A stretch of DNA of 64,000 bases from an uncultured Desulfobacterium sp. (GCA_900258555.1 LT984854.1:1905239-1969238); one strand, 5' to 3'; positions 10,629 through 20,594 are shown, counted from the first letter of the stretch. The notes: generated by a model not told the origin, from the letters alone. Numbers and translations are program-made.

Positions 10629-11378
10629 TTAAAGCGCTGCAAACACCGGTTTGCTGTCTTCCATGCCAGTGAATGCCACCATGCTTGTCCTTTCCATATC
10701 CGCTAGGAGGTAGGAAATCCGAAGTACATCTACCCCGGTTTTTTTACTTATTTGCCTCACGTTGGTGCAGTCCTGCTTAATAGCAAGATAAATCAAATTC
10801 TTGTGATATTCCCGTTCAAGCATGTCATAGAGAACGGATTCATACTTTTTAACTTCCCACTTCCTGCCGTAGACATCACCTTTGGTGGTGATTTTGACTT
10901 CTTTACCGACCAGCCATCGCAGGGTTTCACCCTCAAGGGTCCTTTCAGCCGCTGAAAGCTGCATATCAAACATCTCTGAATCGAACCTTCCCAGACTCTT
11001 AATGGAATCGTTGACTTCAGTCGCAATCTGTACAAAACGCTGCGCCTCAGCGGATGATACCCAGGCAAAATGGAGTCTTTCTCTGCCGATGCCTGCGATA
11101 TCTAGAAGCTTCTGTGTCAAAAGGAGCTTTTTTTCAGCCTGTACATTACCCTCCAGGTAATGGCAGTCGCCGAAATGTCACCCGCCCACCATGACGCCGT
11201 CACATCCACCTTTGAGAGCCTTGACAATGAAGACCGGGTCAATACGACCGGAACACATCACCCGGATTGTTCTAAGGCTGGATGGGTATTGCAACCTGGA
11301 GACTCCTGCCAGGTCAGCGCCTGCATATGCACACCAGTTGCAAAGAAAAGCAACAATCTTTGGTTCAAAATCTGTCAT
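10629..11378 (-). CDS. mvhD: MvhD-like protein with C-terminal extension, selenoprotein (Sec at codon 67), about 249 aa
   Basis: ORFs 11178..11378 and 10629..11120 are in frame across TGA c(11178..11180): ...DGVMVGG-U-HFGDCHYLEGNVQAEKKLLLTQKLLD... N-terminus MTDFEPKIVAFLCNWCAYAGADLAG. Confidence 0.8.
11144..11180 (-). promoter_or_regulatory. UGA(Sec) plus candidate SECIS hairpin of mvhD-2
   Basis: RNA CAUUACC-UGGAG-GGUAAUG: perfect 7-bp stem with a GG-containing loop, starting 15 nt after the UGA. Confidence 0.6.
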
Positions 11379-11426
11379 ATCTTATTCCTAATCATTATTA
11401 TGTTAACAGATCATACACAACTAAAC

Positions 11427-14400
11427 TCAGGCCACCGCACTTATAGCCGCTTCAATCTGAGCATGCCGGAAATGGAGCATGTCAATAGCTTTTTGCGGAC
11501 AGGATGAAGCGCACAAACCACATCCCTTGCAAGATGCAGGGATATTTTTAGCACGTTTTCCTTTGCCCTCAACTTCCTCCAACACTATAGCGCCGAATGA
11601 ACATATCTCAGCACAAAGACCACATCCGATGCATTTTTCCACATCCACACGTGATGCAAGGGGAGAGACCTGAATAGATGCCTTTGAAAGCACTGTTGCC
11701 GCCCTGCCTGCTGCGGCAAGGGCCTGTTCAATGCTTTCATCAACGGGTTTCGGATAGTGAGCCAGGCCGCACAGGAATATACCATCAGAGGCAAAATCAA
11801 CCGGCCTCAGTTTTGCGTGGGCCTCCATAAAAAATTTCTCTTCGTTCAGAGGAAGCTTATATGATGATGCAAGATGTTCATTCTCAGAGGGTTCAATAGC
11901 GGTCTTGAGGTTGATCATATCAGCCTTTATCAACAAATTCTGTTGAAGTATAGGATCAAACACTTCCACTACAAGACCTTTTGCACCTTCTGTTACCTTT
12001 GGTTTATTTTCCCGTGTATATCGGATAAAGATAACGCCTTTTTCACGGGCCTTTTTATAAAGGATTTCTCTCTCTCCAAAGGTTCTCATATCCCTGTAGA
12101 GAATAAATACGTTGGCCTCGGGTTTATCTTCCTTTATGGAGATTGCCTGCTGAACTGATGATGTGCAGCAGATCCTTGAGCAATATGGCCTTTGATCATC
12201 CCTTGATCCGACACATTGTATAAATACGATATTATCGGCCTTTTTAAGTTTGACCGGGTCTTTTTCGAGTTCATGCCAGAGTGTTACATTTGAATTTTTT
12301 CCATACAGATATTCATCTGTACCTGCGGCCTGGCCGCCTGTGGCGATAATGACCGCACCGTGTTTGACGGTTTTTGTGATATCTTTACTCCTTATTTCTG
12401 TCTCAAAATTGCCGACAAACCCGAAGGCATTAACAACTTCTGCATCCAATATCATGTCAATGCCCGGATGTTTTCTCACCCTGTCGGCCAGTTCGGCAAC
12501 AAACCCTTTGATATCCTCTCCACCCCAAGACCTTGAAAGGTCCTTAGCTGCACCTCCTGGTTCAGATGACTTATCTACAATTGTTACAGGAAAGCCCTGA
12601 TCTGCAAGACTGACGGCAGCCGTCATTCCGGCAACACCAGCTCCTATAACAAGCGCGGATTTGTTGACATCAACGGATAAATCCGGGATGGGCTCCAGCA
12701 GGGCAACGCGGGCAACCGCCATTCGCACCAAATCCTTGGCCTTTTCCGTTGCCTTTTCCTTTTCATCGGAATGACACCAGGTGCATTGGTTCCTGATGTT
12801 AGACATTTCGAACAGATAAGGATTTAGACCTGCATTACGAATGGTCTCCTGGAAAAGGGGCTCGTGTGTCCTCGGCGTACAAGCGGCCACGACAATACGA
12901 TTAAGATTATGTTCCTTGATCACCTCTACCATCTTTTCCTGGGTATCCTGGCTGCATGTAAATAGATTGTCCTCTACGTATACAACATCCGGCAGGTTTT
13001 TGGCATATGCGGCAATTGCAGGGACATCGGCAATACCGCCGATATTGACACCGCAGTTACATACAAAAACGCCCACACGGGGCTTTTGACCCTGAACATC
13101 ATTCTCCTGTGGAAATGCCTTTTCCTTAACCAGAGTTCCCCTGGCAGGTGCCAGACCGACGCCGGCGGAACAAGCCGCAGCACTTGCCTCCATTACAGAC
13201 TGGGGTATGTCTTTGCAGCCCTGGAGCACACCTGCCACATAAATGCCTTTACGAGATGTGGAAACAGGGGACAGACTGCTCGTATTGATAAAGTTATGCT
13301 CGTTAAGCTCAACATCCAGTCTTTTTGCCAAGTCAATGGCCGAGGAGGCCGGTTCCATACCGACAGAAAGAACAACCATATCGAACGTCTCGACTTGAAT
13401 ATTACCATTTTCATCTGCATACCTTAAGGAAACGTCCTTGTTTTCAGGGTCTTCGTCAATTGTATGAATTCTGCAACGGATAAACCTTACTCCCTGCTCC
13501 TTCTTTGCGCGTTCATAATACTTTTCAAAGTCCTTTCCGTGTGTCCGCATGTCCATAAAAAAGATAGCAGTATCCAGGTCATAATCTGCATGTTCTTTGG
13601 AGATAACCGCCTCTTTGATGGCATACATACAGCAGACAGAAGAACAATAAGCATTGTCGCACTGATTGATATCCCGCGATCCAATGCACTGCAGCCAGGC
13701 AATCTTTTTAGGCTCTTTCTTGTCGGATGGCCGCACAAGATGACCCTGGTTCGGGCCTGTTGCGCTCAAGAGGCGTTCATATTCCATGCTGGTGACAACA
13801 TTTGCAAATTTTGTATACTGGTATGTCGCAAAATTATCGGGCTTAAAAGGCTCAAAGCCGGGTGCCAATATCACGGAGCCCACATTGATTGAAATGTCCT
13901 CTGTTTTCTGGGAGTGTGTTTCAAGTGTCACTGCCTTGGCCTTGCAGGCCTTGACGCACTCGTAGCACTCACAACAACCACCGCAATTAAGACAGCGTTC
14001 GGCCTCTTCCTTTGCCGATTTTTCATCTGCTGTGAGGTTGACTTCCGCAAAGCTTTTATGCCTTTTGCCAAGGGACAGGGTCGGCGCCTTTAGGCGGTGT
14101 TTCAGTGGTTCATCATCACGGATTTCAACCCAATTTGTACCCATTGGGGGTTCATCCTGCCATTCTTGAGGTAACTGTTCACCCCGAAGGTATTTTGCAA
14201 TGTACTTGGCGGCCCTTTTACCTCCATCCACCGCCTCTATTACTGTAGCAGGCCCGGTAATAACATCACCACCTGCAAATATTCCAGGCGCATTAGTCTG
14301 CAATGTTTCAGGGTTTACTACGAGGAGTTTCCATTTAGAGACCTCTATACCTGATTGATCACCAATAAAGGCAAGATCCGGCTCCTGCCCTATGGCAGGA

Positions 14401-15857
14401 ATTATATGCTCCGCCTCTATTGTGAATTCGGAACCTTCTATGGGGATCGGTTTGCGCCTACCGCTGGTATCCGGTTCTGTCAAACGGGTTTTGATGCACT
14501 CAATGCCGGTCACCTTTCCATTTTTATTAACAACCCTTACAGGGGCCGCCAGAAAATGGATCTTTACCCCTTCTTTTTCCGCCTCTTCAATTTCCTCAGG
14601 TTCGGCCAGCATCTCTGCTTTAGAGCGGCGGTAAACGATATGAGACTCATCCGCACCCAGTCGAAGGGCTACTCGCGCACCGTCCAGGGCAGAATGGCCG
14701 CCACCAATAATCACGGCCTTTCCCTTGAGTTCTTTCAGGTCTCCAAGATGCACCTCCCGAAGAAAAGATGTAACATCACTGACACCCTTTGACTCATCTC
14801 CCTGAATGTGAAGTCTTAATCCCTTCCATGCGCCGGCTCCTATAAAAACGGCCTTTGCACCGTGTTGCTGCAAGTCCCTGATGGTAAGATCCTTGCCTAT
14901 GGCTGTATTGGTATGGATTTCTATGCCGTATCTTTTAAGGTTATTGATTTCCGCATCCAGCACAGAACGGGGCAGGCGATGTTCGGGAATTCCGTAACGC
15001 ATCATTCCGCCTGCCTCAGGCATCGCCTCATAAACGCTTACCTGATATCCCTCCAACGCAAGAAAATAGGCGGCGGTAAGTCCTGCCGGACCTGAGCCTA
15101 TTATCGCCACCTTTTCATCTTTTTTAATTATTTGTGGTACTGGTATGTCATTAAGGTCCGTATGATCAGCGGCAACCCGTTTAAGTTCTCTTATGGAAAT
15201 CGGCTCGTCTATTTCGAGACGGCGGCAACTCTTTTCGCAGGCATGGGGGCAGACACGGCCAAGGGTGCCGGGAAACGGCAGATCACGCATTATGATTTCA
15301 ATCGCCTCCCGAAATTTTCCCTGTTTCACCATCTGAACGTAGCCCTGGACATTCAGATTGGCCGGACAAGCCATTCTGCATGGCGCCGTGTCCCGTTTGT
15401 CAATAGCGAATGCTCCTGGAATAGCCTGTGCGTAAGGCTTATAGGCCGCCTTTCGCCCAACCAGTTCCATATCATATTCACTGGGCCTGACTACCGGGCA
15501 AACCTCTGCACAGTCCCCACAGGCAGTGCACGCTCCACTGTCTATAAAACGCGGTGCCTTTTGAATAGTTACTTGAAAGTTGCCCTCTTCCCCAGTAATA
15601 TTTTCAACGTTTGAGCAGGTGTGAAGTTGTATATTTGTATGCCGGCCGACCTCGACCAGCTTAGGAGAGATAATTCACATTGCACAGTCGTTTGTGGGAA
15701 AGGTCTTGTCAAGCTGCGACATCACCCCGCCGATGGCCGGAGATTTTTCTACCAGATGTACGAAAAAACCCGAATCAGCAAGATCAAGGGCCGCCTGCAT
15801 TCCGGCAATGCCGCCACCAACAACCATGACAGACCCGGTTGGTTTATCTTGAACCAT
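11427..15857 (-). CDS. hdrA: HdrA-like oxidoreductase with inserted GltD/NfnB-like NAD(P)H module, selenoprotein, about 1476 aa
   Basis: ORFs 15675..15884 and 11427..15470 are in frame across TGA c(15675..15677): [21 protein letters not shown]...CTACGDCAEVCP...MELVGRK. GltD-type motifs: CPANLNVQGY, GRVCPHACEKSCRR, IIGSGPAGLTAAYFLA, IIGGGHSALDGA, IFAGGDV. HdrA motifs then resume. Start at the ATG after the CAGGAGA RBS; c15884 is the alternative. Confidence 0.85.
15642..15677 (-). promoter_or_regulatory. UGA(Sec) plus candidate SECIS hairpin of hdrA-2
   Basis: Same CUGGUCG-AGGU-CGGCCGG hairpin, 15 nt after the UGA. Synonymous differences from hdrA-1 stop exactly where the hairpin begins. Confidence 0.6.
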
Positions 15858-16208
15858 ATGTATTGTCTCCTGCTTGTAAGGCATTTAAATTTTAAGAGGA
15901 ATTATTTTCCGTTATGAGATCGAAATGGCAAAAAACCATTGGATGAAAACACGGGCGGGTAATTTTGACTCACATGAGGCATCTTTCCCCTACATCCTCT
16001 TTTCGGCCGTATTACATGCCATAATAAATACTTGGATGTCAAGGAAAAATATGAAAAGAAGAAGATACAGGAATAAATGACCCATTCCAAGTATGAGTAT
16101 TAAGTCCAATTTTCCCCTTTAATTATCCGAGGAAGTCTATAACTGACTCCCCACTATCTACAGTTACCATGACATGCATAATAATTTACTGATATTATTA
16201 GGCAATAA

Positions 16209-16751
16209 TCACATCATTTTGATTTTCCATTTCAGTACTTCAAGGCAGGTTGAACAAAGGGTTGGTTGCTTGAAGTCAGTATGTTCTATCTTTGTTGAAG
16301 CAAACATTATGCAACGTGGGTTTCTGCAATGGGTCAGACCAAAGGAGTGCCCAAGTTCATGGATTGCAGTCTTTCCAATCCGCGACATAAGTAGATCTGA
16401 GTCCGGCGGCTCGCCATACAATGCAGGATCAAGCCTATAAGTTGAAATCAAAGAACATCTCCCATCCAACTGGGATAAGCCGTACACATATTTTAAAATG
16501 GGTACAAACAGGTCCAAGGCAGTTACTCCCATAAATCCAAGGTTGTGGGGAGGGCATTGTTTTATCATCTGCTTTAAAATCATTTTTGAATCATACTGGA
16601 ATCTTCGATCATCGTAAGCATATCGAGGGGTTTCCATCGGAGGGTAGATTTCACAATTGATCCCACACCGCTCCTCAACACAAGCCATCAATCTGTCAAT
16701 TATATCTGAGGCTATAATGCCGATCGGGCAAATGAAAACACATTTGGACAA
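16209..16751 (-). CDS. amzA: archaemetzincin-type zinc metallopeptidase
   Basis: HELGHSFGLTHCRNPRCIM...CSTC closely matches the archaemetzincin signature HExxHxxGx3Cx4CxM...CxxC. 180 aa. Confidence 0.8.
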   Translation of the reverse strand: MSKCVFICPIGIIASDIIDRLMACVEERCGINCEIYPPMETPRYAYDDRRFQYDSKMILKQMIKQCPPHNLGFMGVTALDLFVPILKYVYGLSQLDGRCSLISTYRLDPALYGEPPDSDLLMSRIGKTAIHELGHSFGLTHCRNPRCIMFASTKIEHTDFKQPTLCSTCLEVLKWKIKMM

Positions 16752-16756
16752 AGGAT

Positions 16757-18106
16757 TTATGCTTCTCCTTTTTTGATTTCATACTTTTCAATCTTGTTAT
16801 AAAGCGTCTGTCGGTCAATATCCAATTTCCGGGCTGCCCGACTGATATTCCAATCACAATCATTCAAGATGTTTAAGATATGCATTTTTTCCATCAGCTT
16901 TAATGAGTCGGGAAATGCCCGAGGTGCAGGTTTCTGATGTGAAAAGGGAAGATCATCGGGCAAAATCTCCTGGCCCCTGCCGATGACCAAGGCCCTTTCA
17001 ATGATATTCTCAAGCTCCCTCACATTACCAGGCCAGTCATAATCCATTAATAAGTTCAGAGCAGACGGGGCAATTTTTGATGTTTCCCGATTCATCTCCA
17101 GGCAATACTTGCGGATAAATGCCTTTACCAGTAAAGGGATGTCTTCTTTTCTTTCTCTTAAAGGAGGGATATGTATAGAAATAACATTCAGGCGATAATA
17201 GAGGTCCTCACGAAAACGATTTTCTCGAATTGCCTTTAAGAGATCCCTATTTGTCGCAGCAATTACCCTTACATCCACCTTGATCGTGGCCTCTCCGCCC
17301 AACCGGGCGAATTCCTTTTGTTGCAAGACCCGTAAAAGATCCACTTGTGTCTTTAGACTGATATCACCGATCTCATCCAGAAAGATGGTGCCCTTATCAG
17401 CCATTTCAAAACGTCCTCGTTTTGCATGATCAGCCCCTGTAAAAGCCCCCTTTTCGTATCCGAACAGCTCGCTTTCCAGGAGGGAATCAGGCAATGCGCC
17501 GCAACTGACTGCAACGAAGGGCATATAACAACGGCTGCTGTTCCCATGAATGGCCTGGGCCACCAGTTCTTTGCCTGTGCCGCTCTCCCCTGTGATAAGC
17601 ACTGTCGAATCTGTAGGCGCCACACGGCCTATCAAATCGAAGATCTCCTGCATAGCGTCACTTTTCCCAATAATTTCATCAAACTGATATTTCTCTTCCA
17701 GCTTTTTTCTCAGCAGCAGGTTCTCCATTACCAATTCTTTATGCTCAACTATCTTTTTGATATGGATTTCTATTTCATCAGGATCAAAGGGTTTTACCAG
17801 ATAATCGAAGGCTCCTTCCTTCATTGCCAGGACAGCAGTATCTACGGTAGCATAGGCTGTCATTATAATGATTTCAGACTCAGGACTTACGGACCTGAGT
17901 TTCATAAGCGCCTCAAGACCATCCATCCCGGGCATTTTTAGGTCGAGAAAAATCACATCAAAGGCCTTTTCAAGGGCCATGGCAACGGCCCTTTCCCCGC
18001 TTGGTGCCACAGCAACAGCATAACCGTCCTCCATTAACCAATCCTTCAGACTTTCCCGCATGGCCGCTTCATCGTCAACAACTAGAATTGAGGGTTTTTG
18101 TGCCAT
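16757..18106 (-). CDS. sigma54-dependent response regulator
   Basis: REC (ILVVDDE, FLDLKMPGMDG), AAA+ core (GESGTGKE, GAFTGA, FREDLYYRL), C-terminal HTH. Confidence 0.9.
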   Translation of the reverse strand: MAQKPSILVVDDEAAMRESLKDWLMEDGYAVAVAPSGERAVAMALEKAFDVIFLDLKMPGMDGLEALMKLRSVSPESEIIIMTAYATVDTAVLAMKEGAFDYLVKPFDPDEIEIHIKKIVEHKELVMENLLLRKKLEEKYQFDEIIGKSDAMQEIFDLIGRVAPTDSTVLITGESGTGKELVAQAIHGNSSRCYMPFVAVSCGALPDSLLESELFGYEKGAFTGADHAKRGRFEMADKGTIFLDEIGDISLKTQVDLLRVLQQKEFARLGGEATIKVDVRVIAATNRDLLKAIRENRFREDLYYRLNVISIHIPPLRERKEDIPLLVKAFIRKYCLEMNRETSKIAPSALNLLMDYDWPGNVRELENIIERALVIGRGQEILPDDLPFSHQKPAPRAFPDSLKLMEKMHILNILNDCDWNISRAARKLDIDRQTLYNKIEKYEIKKGEA

Positions 18107-18131
18107 CAGTTATTCCTCCGCTTCTTCAAAA

Positions 18132-20594
18132 TTATGCTACAGGCAATCTTATCCTAAATGAAGTGCCTTTTCCTATTTCGCTTTCGACGTCAATCGAACC
18201 ATTATGTCTGGTTATTATTCCGAAGACTACAGAAAGACCAAGCCCGACACCCTTTCCTTCCTCCTTGGTTGTAAAAAACGGTTCGAATATGTGTTTGATC
18301 TCTTCATCAGGTATGCCGCACCCTGTATCGGAAATTAGGATTTCAACAAAGCCATTATTCCCCGGATACCCGGCTGATACAGTAATGGTGCCGCCTTTCT
18401 CCATGGCCTCGGAAGCGTTAACTATAAGATTCAAAAGCGCCTGTTGAATCTGTTTGAAATCGCATAGAATTTCAGGTAAATTCGGGGCCATTTCCTTTTT
18501 CACATGCGTATTTTTAATCTCAAGGTCATGGGTGATCAGTAAAAGGGTTCGGTCAATAATTTCGGTAATGCTGTGGGATTTAATATCAACTTTTGAATGA
18601 CGGGCAAAGGCCAGAAGGTTTTTCACAATTTCCCCGCATCTGGTTACTTCCGATTCCATTGTCCCAAGATATCTTTTTACGTCTTCGCTCCTTTCCTGGC
18701 TAAAGAAGAGGCCCCTCTCAACAAGCTTTATCATCAACTTTATATATGTCAAAACCGCAGCCAAGGGATTATTTATTTCATGCGCAATGGTGGCGGATAA
18801 TTTACCTAAAGAAGCAAGCTTCTCCGTCTGAATAACTTGTTCCTGGATGGCCTTTAACTGCTCATAGGCGCGCTTGCTCTTTTCAAACAAGTTTGCATTG
18901 TCTACAGCAACTCCCAATTGATTGCCGACCACAGTCAGAAATTCTACGTGATATGATGAGAATTTGTATTCAGAATGGGTTGATACGCTCATTACACCAA
19001 GTGATTTGCTTTTGGATACGAGCGGGATGTAGACGGTGGATTTGAGGCCTTCTTTTTTAAGAGTTTCAACATAGGGGTCATTTGAATGCAAAAAATCATC
19101 CACAATAATCGTCCTTCCGGTAAGCACAGTCTGTCCCACATGACCATCACCTATCCTTCTGGATCGCATGAAATCCTGTGAAAAGAAATCTTTTGAAAAT
19201 CCCTTATGGGCTGCCAGGTTAAGCTGCTTTTCATCTTCAGCCAGCAGATAGATCCTGACACTGTCCGGCTCCATGATTTCAGGTATCTCCAACATCTTGT
19301 CAATACTGGAGTAAAGGATTTCGTGTAGGTCTAGGCTGGTGCTGACGGCCATTGATATGGCCTTTAGGATCGCAAGCCGGATATTTCGTATCTGGATCTG
19401 CTTCTGTGCCATTTTTCTGGTGGTTATGTCCTTTATAATTATTACATATCCCGTAAGTTGTCCTCCCTCATTAAGGGTGACATTGGAGGTGATCAGTGCC
19501 TCGAATGCCTTGCCGTTATTTCCCATCAGTCTGGTCTCAAATTCCTTGACATAGCCGTCTGTGGTAATGCTTTTTTGTAAGTCATAAAAGGATTTTTTGT
19601 CCTCAAGAAGTTCTGAGGCCGACTTAAGCGCCAAAAGTTCAGTCTTGTTATCGTAACCGAACATCTCAACCCCTGCCTGGTTTATTTCGAGAATCTTGCC
19701 ATTGGAATCCACCAACATGATTGCATCGCTGGAACGTTCAAATATAGTCCTATATTTTTTTTCCGATTCCTGCAACTCTCTCAAGCGTTGGGCCAAAAAC
19801 CCTTCCATCCTGCCTGTAACCCCGCTTAGATCAGCCTGAAGGAGTTTCTTTTTTGTTATGTCAGTAGCTGTTTCAAGGACATAGATAATTTTGCCCTTCT
19901 GGTTTGTTACAGGAGTAGAGCGGACGAGCATGCGGGCGATTGAACCGTCATCCATCACAACATCTTCTTCCTTTGTATGTGATTTTCCATCACGAAATGA
20001 TTTTTCAACAAGGCAGTTGCTGCATTTTTTTTCTCTTTTTTTCCATATGCTAAAGCACGGGGCATCGGAAAAGGATCCGAATCTTTTCTTGAAGAGATCA
20101 TTTGCCATGATGATCTGGTAATTTCTGTTAACCCCCACAACATAGTCGGTGACACTCTGCAGAAGCGCCTGATAACTAGCCTCGGCCTCTCTGTATATTT
20201 CCTCCTCTCTCAGGATTTTTTGATAGGCCTGCACTATCTTGACCAGGAGATGCTCCATTTGCACAGGCTTGCCCAGATAATCAAAGGCCCCCTGTTTAAT
20301 GCCGTTAACGCCGTCCTCTGTTGTTGCATAGCCCGTAAGGAGCAAGACCTCAGTCTTCAGAGATTTCTTCTTCACATAATCGAGGACCTCAAAGCCGTCC
20401 ATACCAGGCATTTTGATGTCCAGAATCAAAACATCAATCTTTTCCCTGTTGAGAATAGAAATACACTCTTCCCCGCTTCCAGCCTGTTGACAAACAATGC
20501 CTCTTTTCTTGAATGCCCTGGCAAGACCTTGACGAAATGGCTCTTCGTCATCAACTAAAAGGAGTCTTAAGTCTTTTAGATTTATTGGCGTCAT
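18132..20594 (-). CDS. hybrid sensor kinase (REC-PAS-PAS-GAF-HisKA-HATPase)
   Basis: ORF 18132..20642. Start moved to the ATG preceded by AAAGGAG (MTPINLKDLRLLLVDDEE). H-box IAHEINNPL. HATPase DTGCGIP, GVGLGLSV. Confidence 0.85.
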   Translation of the reverse strand: MTPINLKDLRLLLVDDEEPFRQGLARAFKKRGIVCQQAGSGEECISILNREKIDVLILDIKMPGMDGFEVLDYVKKKSLKTEVLLLTGYATTEDGVNGIKQGAFDYLGKPVQMEHLLVKIVQAYQKILREEEIYREAEASYQALLQSVTDYVVGVNRNYQIIMANDLFKKRFGSFSDAPCFSIWKKREKKCSNCLVEKSFRDGKSHTKEEDVVMDDGSIARMLVRSTPVTNQKGKIIYVLETATDITKKKLLQADLSGVTGRMEGFLAQRLRELQESEKKYRTIFERSSDAIMLVDSNGKILEINQAGVEMFGYDNKTELLALKSASELLEDKKSFYDLQKSITTDGYVKEFETRLMGNNGKAFEALITSNVTLNEGGQLTGYVIIIKDITTRKMAQKQIQIRNIRLAILKAISMAVSTSLDLHEILYSSIDKMLEIPEIMEPDSVRIYLLAEDEKQLNLAAHKGFSKDFFSQDFMRSRRIGDGHVGQTVLTGRTIIVDDFLHSNDPYVETLKKEGLKSTVYIPLVSKSKSLGVMSVSTHSEYKFSSYHVEFLTVVGNQLGVAVDNANLFEKSKRAYEQLKAIQEQVIQTEKLASLGKLSATIAHEINNPLAAVLTYIKLMIKLVERGLFFSQERSEDVKRYLGTMESEVTRCGEIVKNLLAFARHSKVDIKSHSITEIIDRTLLLITHDLEIKNTHVKKEMAPNLPEILCDFKQIQQALLNLIVNASEAMEKGGTITVSAGYPGNNGFVEILISDTGCGIPDEEIKHIFEPFFTTKEEGKGVGLGLSVVFGIITRHNGSIDVESEIGKGTSFRIRLPVA

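Noticed and set aside
7640-15614. Many 60-190-aa ORFs on the plus strand, and out-of-frame on the minus strand, inside the hdrA genes (for example 8420..8824, 13464..13892, 14355..14792, 15132..15614).
   Set aside because: They lie antisense to, or are nested within, long motif-rich HdrA coding sequence. Their composition is low-complexity and they have no motifs or RBS. They are shadow ORFs.
7076-15884. The hdrA and mvhD breaks as pseudogenes or sequencing errors.
   Set aside because: All four interruptions are TGA and none causes a frame shift. Both MvhD sites align with a Cys in the other paralogue. All four are followed by hairpins, and the flanking sequence stays protein-like. Selenocysteine recoding explains this better than decay.
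16006-16021. A sigma54 -24/-12 promoter for the hdrA operon (minus strand TGGCATGTAATACGGC).
   Set aside because: The -12 element is not TTGC, and the GG-to-GC spacing is off by one. It is not convincing.
15902-16090. The 62-aa ORF between the hdrA operon and the archaemetzincin gene, and similarly 54469..54744.
   Set aside because: Both lie in AT-rich spacers, have no RBS or motifs and show odd composition. They are probably non-coding promoter regions.
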